From: Nitrospirota bacterium
GTDB taxonomy: Bacteria > Nitrospirota > Nitrospiria > Nitrospirales > Nitrospiraceae
NCBI GenBank assembly: GCA_963701855.1
Contig: CAVPBK010000004.1
Span: 128,001-192,000, forward strand
Reading direction: 5' to 3'
Length of the DNA: 64,000 bases
Shown piece after piece: positions 1 to 13,624 of this stretch. Within the stretch, counting starts at the first letter, position 1. Each line of letters begins with the position of its first letter. The translations under genes were made by a program, and so were the position numbers. The notes under the pieces were generated by a model. The model ran no database searches. It was not told where the DNA came from and saw only the letters and a program-made list of their open reading frames with translations.

Positions 1-2
1 TT

Positions 3-587
3 GCCGCGCCGTTCGAGCGGCAAGCCCTGATCAAGTTACGGCATATCGCCGGCGATTCCGCGCTGGGGCATCAACTGGAAACACACCGAGACTCCTTCGT
101 CTACGGAGTAGCTCCCTGGGACATTCCCGCAGCACTGGAACTCCGGAGACAACAGCTCAGACAAATGGTCGCGCCTGGAAAGGTCAACGTGAAATATAGC
201 GCGGGAGGACTCATCGACATCGAATATGCCGCGCAATACCTGCAAGTGATGCATGGCCACAACCACCCGAGCCTCCGCACACCGAATACCCTGCAGGCAC
301 TCGCCGCACTGGTCAATGAGGGACTGATCACACGCACCGATGGAGCAGGCCTCCGGAAAGCCTACATCTTCATCCGAATGTTGGTCAACGGATTGCGCAT
401 GGTCAGGGGAAACACCAAGGATCTTGTGCTCCCTCCTTCCGATTCGGAAGAGTTTGTCAGTCTTGCCCGCCGCATCGGCTACACGAGAGACGATTGGCGA
501 GCCGGCGCTCGCGATTTGCAGTCAGATATCGAGCAGCATATGACACTCACCAAGCCGTTCTTTGAGCGGACGTTCGGAGCGTTATGA
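3..587 (+). CDS. glnE: Glutamine synthetase adenylyltransferase, C-terminal part (5' truncated by window edge)
   Basis: Frame is open from position 3: AAPFERQALIKLRHIAGD...NVKYSAGGLIDIEYAAQYLQ. This matches the GlnE motifs WExQAL and K...GGxxDIEF. Confidence 0.85.
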   Translation, partial: AAPFERQALIKLRHIAGDSALGHQLETHRDSFVYGVAPWDIPAALELRRQQLRQMVAPGKVNVKYSAGGLIDIEYAAQYLQVMHGHNHPSLRTPNTLQALAALVNEGLITRTDGAGLRKAYIFIRMLVNGLRMVRGNTKDLVLPPSDSEEFVSLARRIGYTRDDWRAGARDLQSDIEQHMTLTKPFFERTFGAL

Positions 588-605
588 GGGAAGACGGCCA
601 GGTGA

Positions 606-840
606 CCTCCTTACTCGCAGAACGCGCACGATAAGAATGTGCTCGCTTGGGGCAAGAGCGCGTCTCGGCGCGCTCGGGGTTGGGCGGGTGAGAATGCTGC
701 GCGCAGTGAAGGGCAGCCTTGGGCCGCTCCCCTAAAGAGAGGGTGGTTAGGAGAGGAAGAAGACCTCGTTCGACGATCGCAGTGGAATCAATCTGGGTGA
801 CATTCCCGGAAGAGTAAAACAAGCAAGCTTGGAGGGAGCA
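606..840. repeat. Interspersed intergenic repeat element (REP/MITE-like); boundaries approximate
   Basis: 606-645 matches the reverse complement of 33037-33076 at 32/40 nt (core CTCGCAGAACGCGC.CGAT). Confidence 0.55.
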
Positions 841-1136
841 TGTATAACTTCGTTAGGCCGAAGCACCTCAGCCGTTGATACAGAGATGCGCTGATTCTCT
901 TCTCGACCATGCAGCATGAGATTGCTCCATCCTCGTCAAGCCTCACGAATGAATTTACTCCCCGTCTTGACCAAATTCTTCACGAGATGACCCCACGTGA
1001 CTCATGTTCCGCATGATCACCATGCGCTTCGAATCTTGCGATTTTTACTAATGACTACACCGGTTCAGACGTGCTCGGCGCGCTTGTATCATATCAGAAG
1101 GTCGCAAGCCCCTCTTAGCGCGCCGCTGCACCTCAT

Positions 1137-1238
1137 TCAAGAGTCACTTCTCTGCAACCATCCCCACGCCATGGCCAAGAGTCCAAGCGAAGCGAAGTAC
1201 AGCGAGCCATTGATCAACACAGCATTTATCATAGTCAT
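1137..1238 (-). CDS. Putative 33-aa single-pass membrane peptide
   Basis: MTMINAVLINGSLYFASLGLLAMAWGWLQRSDS*. Shine-Dalgarno AAAGGAG is 7 nt upstream, and a sigma54-like promoter lies at 1290-1305. Confidence 0.55.
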   Translation of the reverse strand: MTMINAVLINGSLYFASLGLLAMAWGWLQRSDS

Positions 1239-1289
1239 AGTGTTTCTCCTTTCCTGAAACATTAATCATGCATTCAGCATGTCAGAAAT

Positions 1290-1305
1290 AGCACAGGCCG
1301 TGCCG
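1290..1305 (-). promoter_or_regulatory. Putative sigma54 -24/-12 promoter
   Basis: Minus strand reads CGGCACGGCCTGTGCT, i.e. GG-N10-GC. It lies just downstream of a sigma54 activator gene. Confidence 0.6.
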
Positions 1306-1494
1306 CTCTTACCCTTTTCAACCGTTTTGTCTCAAGCTATTGGAATGCTGGGTCTATTGGGGGATATCTTGAGGAGTAAATGAGGAGGACGGAGGCTTAT
1401 CCCATGATGGATCACGGCTAGTCGCGGGTCTATCTCATGATTGATCGAGGGTTGCCCCTTCTTCTGAATTCTGTGGGAAGGATATTCTGAATCT

Positions 1495-3058
1495 TCAGCT
1501 AGACTGCGGTCGAGTCATCCCAAACTGCTTCATCCGGCTGCGCAGGGTGCCGGGATTTAGCCCCAAACGTATCAGCCGCTCCATTGGGACCTTCGATGCG
1601 CCAATTCGTCAGTGTGAGAGTCTGCAGAATATGCTGGCGTTCGAGTTCTTTGAGGTCGGCTGATAGCGGCGCTGTGAAGGATGAGTCCTGCGAACCTAAG
1701 ACATGTTCGTCGATTCGCAATACCGGCTCACGAGAGAGAATCATCGCTCGTTCAATCACATTTTCCAGCTCACGGACGTTGCCAGGCCAGGTGTAGCGAA
1801 TCAACCGTTCTAGAGATTCCTGGTCGATATCCTTGCACGAACGTCCGAGTTTCACGCAATATTGTTTCAGGAAATGTCGAGCCAATATGGGGATATCCTC
1901 CGGGCGATTCCTAAGTGGAGGCACGGCGATTGGAAAGATATTCAGACGATAAAATAGATCGGCGCGGAACGTACCGTCTTTGACGGCGGCAGGCAAGTTG
2001 CGATTGGTGGCGGCTATCACACGAACATCTACACGAATGGGCTGTTTCCCACCCAGACGATCAATCAGGCCATCTTGCAAGACTCGTAACAACTTGGCCT
2101 GTGTCTCCAAAGGCATTTCACCAATTTCATCCAAGAAGAGGGTTCCACCATGGGCCAGCTCAAATCGGCCTTCGCGTGCGCGGTCAGCCCCGGTGAACGC
2201 GCCTCGTTCATGGCCAAACAATTCACTTTCGACCAACCCGGCCGGAAAGGCGGCACAATTGACACAAACCATGGGTTTCGAGTGCCGCGGGCTCCAATCA
2301 TGGATCGCCTGAGCAATCAGTTCCTTGCCAGTTCCTGTTTCACCCGTAATGAACACGGTCGATGGGGTGGGCGCCACGTCGCGTGCAAGACCTATCACAT
2401 GCCGAAAGGCAAGGCTCTTCCCCACCAACGAGCCTATGTCCTTCGTGAGCTTCAGTTCTTCGGTGAGGTAGACGTTTTCCTTGGCAAGCTGGTCTCGCAA
2501 TCGATCGATCTGTTCGTATGCTTGGACATGATCGATCGCATAAGCGATCTGCATCGCCACTTGCGTCAAAAACTCAAGATCCCCTGGATCAGGAGCGCCC
2601 GACTCGATACTGCCGATATTCAGAATGCCTATACATCTGTCTCTCACGAGAAGAGGCAGATTGATCATTCGTCCGAGGCCTTCTTGGACATACCATTCGT
2701 CTTCGAGGAAGACTTGATCCCGCTTCAAGTCAGGACGGATGTGTACAGTTTTATGATCGTAAACCCAACCCATGCCGCTTCCAACATGTGGAACAATGGC
2801 ATTGCGTTGTAGCACCACCTGCGCCATCGTCGTTGCCATGACATAAAACATGAACCCGTCGGCCTCACGATCGTACTGTGTGACAGACGCCCGTGCCCAT
2901 GGAATGACCTTAGTAATCTCGGCGGTAATCGCCTCCCAGAGGCTGTGCATATCACGTTGCGAATTGAGCACAACAGCGACAGCCAAGAGGGCTCGATAGT
3001 TTATTTCAATCCGGTCCATAGGCTTGTCAATATTCTCTGATCGAACAAATTCAATCAC
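1495..3058 (-). CDS. GAF-domain sigma54-dependent activator (FhlA/NifA-like), with a 1-nt frameshift in the C-terminal HTH near 1570
   Basis: GAF domain followed by Walker A GETGTGKE, ESELFGHERGAFTGA, Walker B FLDEIG and WPGNVRELEN. The HTH end RLGLNPGTLRSRMKQFGM continues in another frame to a TGA at 1495-1497. Confidence 0.88.
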
Positions 3059-3213
3059 AGCGCCTGTCCTGATGTCTATGCCGTCATTTGCGAAAGCTCA
3101 ATCACCCATTACCGTCCCTAATTTGCTTGTTCGATACCATATTCGAACAAGCAAATCAGGAGAGAGAAATGATCTTGCAATCCAACACCAAGAGTTTCAC
3201 GGAACGGAGGTCG

Positions 3214-3654
3214 TTACTCAATCCAGATCAGATTGAGAGCAAGCGATTCTGCGGCATCCCGCTGTCTGACATCGGCGGTGACGAAGGGAATGGTTAGGCC
3301 TGAGGCAGCTTGGAATGTGAGTGCCGATGCGACATGCAAGGCATCAAGGGTTCTGAGCCCTATTCTCTGGACTAGCTCTTCGGCTTGGCTCAGCACGATC
3401 GGCCCCACTTCGACCAGCTCCCAGTAATCCCTGTCTTTGTGAAGTCTCGACCGGATGGCTAGAAAATCCCGCTGGGTTATCTCGCCGGTTGTCCGTCTGC
3501 GGCTGAGTGCGGATAGGGCTTCGACCGGAGCCAGGGCAGAAGTAAGAAACTGGTACCGTTGGAGTAGTTTTCTCGACGCAGATGACCCAGCCTCTTTCAC
3601 GTATCGTTTCACTAATACGCTGGTGTCGAAATAGGCCCAGCGGGCCGCCGTCAA
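3214..3654 (-). CDS. vapC: PIN-domain toxin (VapC family)
   Basis: YFDTSVLVKRY...LRTLDALHVASA...FVTAD PIN motifs; overlaps the antitoxin stop by 4 nt. Confidence 0.9.
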   Translation of the reverse strand: MTAARWAYFDTSVLVKRYVKEAGSSASRKLLQRYQFLTSALAPVEALSALSRRRTTGEITQRDFLAIRSRLHKDRDYWELVEVGPIVLSQAEELVQRIGLRTLDALHVASALTFQAASGLTIPFVTADVRQRDAAESLALNLIWIE

Positions 3655-3929
3655 CGGTCGCCCCTTTCCTCACAAACCGTCTGAGAGACCGGCATGCCAC
3701 GCACCGATCGAGGCCCCCACGAAGGGAGGGCGCCGCGCCTGGCTGCGGGACGCAAGAACCCAGCGGTTTCGAGTCTCTGAATGATGGATTCCGTCTCGTC
3801 GCCGCCACGAATGGGTTTCACCACAGCCAGCGGTCTTCCCCGCTCTGTCAACAATACTTCCTTCCCTCCTCGGACCGCCTTCATGAGCCGAGAGAACTGC
3901 TGGTTGGCTTCACGTAAACCGATCTGCAT
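3651..3929 (-). CDS. Phd/YefM-family antitoxin
   Basis: MQIGLREANQQFSRLMKAVRGGKEVLLTERGRPLAVV fits the Phd/YefM N-terminal pattern; it lies upstream of a PIN toxin. Confidence 0.88.
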   Translation of the reverse strand: MQIGLREANQQFSRLMKAVRGGKEVLLTERGRPLAVVKPIRGGDETESIIQRLETAGFLRPAARRGALPSWGPRSVRGMPVSQTVCEERGDR

Positions 3930-3947
3930 AGACCCACCTCCTAGAAT

Positions 3948-3991
3948 GTAGTGACATCACTACTATAAATCCACCGCGGAGGCTCTGTCAA
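3948..3991 (-). promoter_or_regulatory. Sigma70 promoter of the TA operon with palindromic operator
   Basis: TTGACA-N18-TATAGT (3991-3962). The palindrome GTAGTGA-CA-TCACTAC (3948-3963) overlaps the -10/+1 region, as is typical of TA autorepression. Confidence 0.7.
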
Positions 3992-4046
3992 ATTCTCATT
4001 CGTCAGGAAGAGCCCCGAGTGCTAACCTGGAGGGATTTCACAAGCG

Positions 4047-4098
4047 AGAAATACAACGGCGTCCGTCTCCTAATTATGGAAGACAGACGCCGTATTCT
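4047..4098 (-). terminator. Intrinsic terminator downstream of glnA
   Basis: Minus strand reads ACGGCGTCTGTCTTCC-ATAATTA-GGAGACGGACGCCGT followed by TGTATTTCT. Confidence 0.6.
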
Positions 4099-4199
4099 CA
4101 TTTACCTATGTCGAGAACCTTACTGAGTCGGGGGAGGCGCAGAACAGACGAGAAACGCGCTTTTCCGAGCCAGTCTCGTCCTTCTCGATTGAGCGAAAT

Positions 4200-5610
4200 C
4201 TACACATCGTAATAGAGGACATACTCGTACGGATGCGGCCGCAACCGCATAGGATCGACTTCCTTTTTGCGTTTGTAGCTGATCCAGGCTTCAATCAGGT
4301 CCTTACTGAAGACCCCGCCCTTGAGCAGAAACTGGTGGTCCTGTTCGAGGTTGCTCAATGCTTCGTCGAGGCTACCCGGCATCGTGCGAATCGCCGCCGC
4401 TTCCTCCGGCTCGAGATCGTACAGATCCTTTTCAGCCGGCTCACCTGGATTGATCTTGTTCTCGATCCCGTCCAACCCTGCCATGAGCATGGCGGAAAAT
4501 GCGAGGTACGGGTTCGCGGTCGGGTCGGGAAAGCGCACCTCGATCCGTTTGGCTTTCGGGCTTGGTGAGTACATGGGAATCCGGACGCCTGCCGACCGAT
4601 TCCTGCTGGAATAGGCCAGCAGGACCGGCGCCTCGATACCCGGGTGTGAGCCGCTTGTAGGAATTTGTCGTCGGATTCGTAAACGCCGCCAGCGCCGGAG
4701 CATGTTTCAGGATGCCTCCGATATAGTAGAGACAGAGTTGCGAGATGCCGGCATATTCCTTCCCCGCAAATAGGGGCTTCCCATCTTTCCAGATGCTTTG
4801 ATGCGTATGCATGCCGGTCCCGTTGTCCCCAAAGATCGGCTTGGGCATGAAGGTCGCAGTTTTGCCATGGCGGCGGGCCACGTTCTTGACGATGTACTTG
4901 TACATCATCAATTGATCTGCTGTTTTGACCAGCGACCCAAATCGGATATCGATTTCCGCCTGGCCTGCCGTCGCCGTCTCGTGGTGATGTTTCTCAACGG
5001 AAATCCCGACCTTTTGCATCTCCAGGACCATCTCGCTGCGGATATCCTGTTGCGTATCGGTTGGCGGGACCGGAAAGTAGCCTTCCTTGTGACGGATTTT
5101 CCCGCCCAAGTTGTGGCCTTCCTGCCCGATGTTCCAAGCGCCTTCTTCGGAATCGATGAAGTAGTAGCCGCTGTGGCCCGTCTGATCGTACCGGACATGA
5201 TCGAAGATGAAGAACTCCGCCTCCGGACCCCAGTAGGAAGTATCGCCGATCTTCGTGCTCTGGAGATATTTTTCCGCCTTCTGCGCCACAAACCGCGAAT
5301 CACGATCATAGGGCTCTCGCGTAATCGGATCGACAATGTTACCGACGAGGCTCAGTGTCGGAACCGCACAGAACGGATCGAGACAGACCGCGGACGAATC
5401 GGGGATCATCAGCAGATCGCTGTCGTTGATGGCTTTCCAGCCCCGGATTGATGAACCGTCCAACCCGGACCCATCCTTGAACAGCCCTTCAGTCAGCTCT
5501 TCCACGGGAATCGAGAAGTGCTGCCAGGTGCCGATCAGGTCCACAAACTTCAAGTCCACCATCTGGACTTTATGCTTCTTCGCAAACTCCAATACCTCGC
5601 GGGGATTCAT
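4200..5610 (-). CDS. glnA: Glutamine synthetase type I, frameshifted by a 1-nt insertion near 4637
   Basis: The N-terminal ORF ([34 protein letters not shown]) and the C-terminal ORF ([31 protein letters not shown]) join after removing one base in GGG-TATC-GAG. Confidence 0.93.
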
Positions 5611-5634
5611 TCCGATCCTCCTTATAAACCCAAT

Positions 5635-10201
<4,567 letters not shown>

Positions 10202-10434
10202 ATTTGCATCCTTTCATCCCTTGGTTCAGGACGAGGTTGACTATACGTTCGTTGAATTGTTCTAAGCGGCCCCCCTGGTTGACTCACGCTCCCTCTTCGT
10301 CGGGTTAGGGCTGTGGCGCGCGCTGGCTCAGCCCCTCATAGTTTTGTTGTGCCAAAAATTATCGCTTTCAATCCCGTCATGGTCTACCGACTGCGCATCG
10401 GCGCGGCACAGTTGCTGGCTCATTTCGTGACGGA

Positions 10435-10462
10435 TCCCTTCGTGGACTAGTCCACGAAGGGA
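10435..10462. other. Perfect 28-bp palindrome downstream of the porin gene
   Basis: TCCCTTCGTGGACTAGTCCACGAAGGGA equals its own reverse complement. Confidence 0.7.
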
Positions 10463-10502
10463 CCGGCATATCACAATTCAACTGACTTCCGTCTCACTAC
10501 AC

Positions 10503-11888
10503 TTAGAACATATACGCGACTGAGAATCCCAGGGTGTTTTGAAAGTTCGCTGCTTGAGTGCCCTTCAGGTAGACATTATGATCTGCATGGTCATATCGAT
10601 ACTCGACCCTTGTCTGCAAGGCTGGAGCCGGCTTCCACTGGAGTGTAAAGGTCGTCTCCCAAGCGGTCAGGCCGTTCCCATTCACAAAAGGGTTGTTAGT
10701 GATAGTGGGTAAGGTATTTTGCGTGACAGTGTTGCCGGAAACAAAATTCTGACCCACACCATTACCGGCGCAGGTATTGGTGTTGCCAACTGTGTTAAAA
10801 CCTCCACCGCAGGCACGGGATCCACCGGCATCCTCCCAGATTTCTCCACGAGCCCTGAAACTGAAGGCATTGGGCTTCGTCTGATCATTAAAGTCATGGA
10901 TCAAATAGGCGACAAATCCGTTCCAGCGGCCATTACCGGAAGGATTACTCGGTGTGCCACCAGGACCGACGAGTGGGCTCGCATGACTTTCATTCCCGTA
11001 ATAGGGCTCCAAGATGAGGGTGGTGGTGTCGACAGGCTTGATCGTGATGATCGCGCCAGTCACCACCCGCTTGGCGGTAGGATCGCACCCTGCGGTGCCG
11101 CTCTGACAGATTCCGACCCCTGCAACTGTTCCATTATTATTTCCATTACCCTGTTCCGGTCCATAAGACCCGAAGAAACTGATGCCGAACTTTTCATGCG
11201 GCGTCAAGGCCACGAGGTATTCGAACGATTTGCCCCTGTTGTTGTCTTCGACGTTGTCCCACCCGTTGATCAATCCGATGGACGCCGTCGCCCACTTCGC
11301 AAACGGGTAGGTAAACCGGATACCGGTGGTCGTGAAGGCTTGGCTCAGACCGAACATCATGGTGCGTGAAAAGTTGGGATTCTCCCATGCGTTGATCACT
11401 TCATACCCGATCAAGGTGTTGATCTTTCCTGCTTGAATCTTCAAGCCGTTGCCGATCGGGGCGATGTACTCTGCATACATCTCCTGCGTATCCAGTTCGG
11501 TATTGTCATTACCTGGTTGGAAATTTGTGCGAGCACGCGAGAACCTGGCATCGGTTCCAAAATTGATCCGCGCCCGAAAGCCCACCCGATCCATGCCGCT
11601 GCCTGAGGCATTGGCCGGCCGTTCAAATACAAGCTGCGTCAAATTCGCCATGAATGAATTGGCCGCTGTGTCGAAAATACGCAGTTGATTAATGTTATTG
11701 TACGGATTATTGAAATTCTGTGTATAGGATGTCAGCACGGTCCCGGAGATCTGAAAACCCATCTTATCCCAGAGGGCTTTGGCATCATCCGTAGTGGCCA
11801 CTTGGGCAAATACCGAGTGGCTGCCAAGCAGTGAGACAAGCGCGCACATGCTTATCCCTATTCCGATACGTTTACTTGCTGACTTCAT
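10503..11888 (-). CDS. Outer-membrane beta-barrel porin (putative BBP2/OmpL-like family)
   Basis: Signal peptide MKSASK...SVFA after SD GAGGAGG; GKINTLIGYEVI, RVEYRYD and a C-terminal Phe (FSVAYMF). First gene of the amtB operon. Confidence 0.75.
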   Translation of the reverse strand: MKSASKRIGIGISMCALVSLLGSHSVFAQVATTDDAKALWDKMGFQISGTVLTSYTQNFNNPYNNINQLRIFDTAANSFMANLTQLVFERPANASGSGMDRVGFRARINFGTDARFSRARTNFQPGNDNTELDTQEMYAEYIAPIGNGLKIQAGKINTLIGYEVINAWENPNFSRTMMFGLSQAFTTTGIRFTYPFAKWATASIGLINGWDNVEDNNRGKSFEYLVALTPHEKFGISFFGSYGPEQGNGNNNGTVAGVGICQSGTAGCDPTAKRVVTGAIITIKPVDTTTLILEPYYGNESHASPLVGPGGTPSNPSGNGRWNGFVAYLIHDFNDQTKPNAFSFRARGEIWEDAGGSRACGGGFNTVGNTNTCAGNGVGQNFVSGNTVTQNTLPTITNNPFVNGNGLTAWETTFTLQWKPAPALQTRVEYRYDHADHNVYLKGTQAANFQNTLGFSVAYMF

Positions 11889-11942
11889 GCGATCCTCCTC
11901 ATCCAATTTGGTGATTCGGTTACTTCCTTACTTCTCCTACCT

Positions 11943-11976
11943 CAACGTCATTGTCGCCACGCACGCCATTGTGCGT
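11943..11976 (-). promoter_or_regulatory. Second tandem pair of ANTAR-type hexaloop hairpins
   Basis: ACGCAC-AATGGC-GTGCGT followed 2 nt later by CGAC-AATGAC-GTTG. Confidence 0.7.
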
Positions 11977-12161
11977 AACCGCCGGCCCCTACCAGTCCAC
12001 TCGGCTCTTACTTGCGCATCGATTCCCACCATCCTATGGACGCATACCACTACTCAGCAGCCATTCTTCCACAAAGGGTGTTTCTCGCCAATGAATGGTT
12101 GCTTTTCGGCTTTTCCCACCATTTGGTTCATCAACCATCGTGGTTCGTCAGGCCGAATGTG

Positions 12162-12204
12162 AATAAAATAAAACGTCCTCTAGCCCCACTGGGGCTGGAG
12201 GACG
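12162..12204 (-). terminator. Leader (attenuator) intrinsic terminator
   Basis: CGTCCTC-C-AGCCCC-AGT-GGGGCT-A-GAGGACG followed by TTTTATTTTATT, located between the promoter and the first gene. Confidence 0.85.
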
Positions 12205-12257
12205 CCATTGTCCATTCCGAACTATATCTAGGCCGGTGGGAAACGCCGTTGTTCCCC
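12200..12257 (-). promoter_or_regulatory. ANTAR-binding dual-hairpin RNA motif overlapping the terminator
   Basis: P1 is GGGGAAC-AACGGC-GTTTCCC (12257-12238). P2 is GGAC-AATGGC-GTCC (12213-12200), and its 3' arm is also the terminator 5' arm. Confidence 0.8.
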
Positions 12258-12303
12258 TATGATCTACACAGGCCACACTTTGTGAGCCCTTAAACTCCGC
12301 GCC

Positions 12304-12332
12304 CTTATACCTGTCTCAGGAAAATCTGTCAA
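12304..12332 (-). promoter_or_regulatory. Sigma70 promoter of the porin-amtB-glnB-glnD-glnA operon
   Basis: TTGACA-N17-TATAAG. Confidence 0.7.
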
Positions 12333-12479
12333 TGCTTATCTCGGACTACAGGCCGAAGGCTGAAGGTTGCAAACGTGGGAGCAACATTCCGGAGGCTGAA
12401 AGCTTCGGCCTTGCGACTTCCTTTGGCCTTCAGCCTATCTCGCCTTTCCCGCTCGATCTGTGCTAGATTTCCTCTACCT

Positions 12480-13514
12480 ATGGCTCTTTCACCTCAGCCT
12501 TCGCTCTTCCCAGCGGCTGCCCCGCGTTTCACGTTTCACGCTTTACGGTTCACGATTCCTCTGAACAGCATCCTGCTGGCCCTGCTCTGTGTAGTCGGCA
12601 CCGCCTGCGGCACGACCGCCCCGACCGGCAAAATCCTCTTTGAGGATCCTCGCGGATCCGTGTCCCTCCAGAAGATTTCCGACCCGTCGATTCAGGCCAA
12701 CCATCCGATCAGTCTGGAGCCGGCCCTACTGGCCCAGCTATTGACAGGCATACAGCTTCATGATGAAGGTCTTGGAGAACACCATGTCCGGGGCATTCAG
12801 ACTTTAATTGAAGGAAAAGCAGCTCTTACCTATCCCCTCTTTTCGGAAGACCAGGTCCAGTTCCTCGCTCCATTGATAGCAGAGGCATTACGTACGGCAA
12901 CCATTAATCAGTCTGTCGAGTTTCGTGTTGTGACAACGATAGAAGGTTCGAATAGATTTCAATCGCCGACCACGGAAACGACCACCGGTTCTCTCTATGC
13001 TTATGGGCGGCAGTTGTACGTCATCCTGACTCAATATAACTACAACCCGATGTTGGCGAACCTGGCCTTTGCCGAGCAAAGCCACCGATCACAGGACCCA
13101 CTCGATTATTCAGGCCTCAAGCATCGTACGCTGCGGTTCACTCCGAAAGCCGCGCTCCGGGCTGATAGTCCTGATCCGCCGACGATGGGAAAACCGACCG
13201 ACAGGTTTCTTGCCGTCGATTATCAACTGCTGCAACAGGCCTGGCGAAATCTCGAAGCCAAAAGGCAAGCTGCGCCTCAGGCGGAAGGCGAGGCGCTAGA
13301 AGCCGCTCGCGCAGCCGAAGCCCAGGCCCGGGCGGCCGAAGCTCAGGCTCGCACAGCCGAAGCCCAGGCCCGTAATACAGCCGAGGCCCAGGCTCGCGCA
13401 ACCGAATCCCAGGCTCGTAATACAGAGGCCCTGACCCAGGAGGTGGAGATCCTCAAGAGGCAATTGGAATCCATTCAAAAACAACTCGGCAACCAGAATC
13501 AGCAGAAAAAATGA
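12480..13514 (+). CDS. Hypothetical lipoprotein, paralog 1, with C-terminal coiled coil
   Basis: Lipobox-like LLCVVGTAC, high similarity to 13625-14473, and AEAQAR repeats. Start codon uncertain. Confidence 0.75.
   Translation: MALSPQPSLFPAAAPRFTFHALRFTIPLNSILLALLCVVGTACGTTAPTGKILFEDPRGSVSLQKISDPSIQANHPISLEPALLAQLLTGIQLHDEGLGEHHVRGIQTLIEGKAALTYPLFSEDQVQFLAPLIAEALRTATINQSVEFRVVTTIEGSNRFQSPTTETTTGSLYAYGRQLYVILTQYNYNPMLANLAFAEQSHRSQDPLDYSGLKHRTLRFTPKAALRADSPDPPTMGKPTDRFLAVDYQLLQQAWRNLEAKRQAAPQAEGEALEAARAAEAQARAAEAQARTAEAQARNTAEAQARATESQARNTEALTQEVEILKRQLESIQKQLGNQNQQKK
13314..13430 (+). repeat. Coding tandem repeat, about 5 copies of 21-24 nt (AEAQAR[A/T/NT])
   Basis: GCCGAAGCCCAGGCCCG-like units at about 13314, 13335, 13356, 13380 and 13401. 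Confidence 0.85.
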
Positions 13515-13541
13515 AAGCTGCGGGCCCAGGCTGAAGGAGTT

Positions 13542-13580
13542 TAGGCTGAAGGTTTTGAAACGTCAGACTCCGGCCTTCAG
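13542..13580. repeat. GGCTGAAGG-family element, inverted partner of 14505-14544
   Basis: TAGGCTGAAGGTTTTGAAACGTCAGACTCCGGCCTTCAG. Confidence 0.7.
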
Positions 13581-13624
13581 TCTATCGACCTTCAGCCTGA
13601 ACCCTGTTAAATTCACTCCCACCG

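Noticed and set aside
4050..4065. TAC-AACGGC-GTC resembling an ANTAR hexaloop
   Set aside because: It has only a 2-bp stem, no partner hairpin, and lies on the strand with no downstream gene. It is better explained as an arm of the glnA terminator.
4620..4650. Programmed frameshifting in glnA
   Set aside because: There is no slippery heptamer or homopolymer; a single-base insertion is the simpler explanation.
10335..10356. TTGGCAC upstream of amtB as a sigma54 promoter
   Set aside because: The -12 position reads CT rather than GC (TGGCACAACAAAACTA).
12035..12139. 34-codon ORF (MVDEPNGG...) in the porin leader
   Set aside because: It has no clear SD and no amino-acid bias suggesting a leader peptide.
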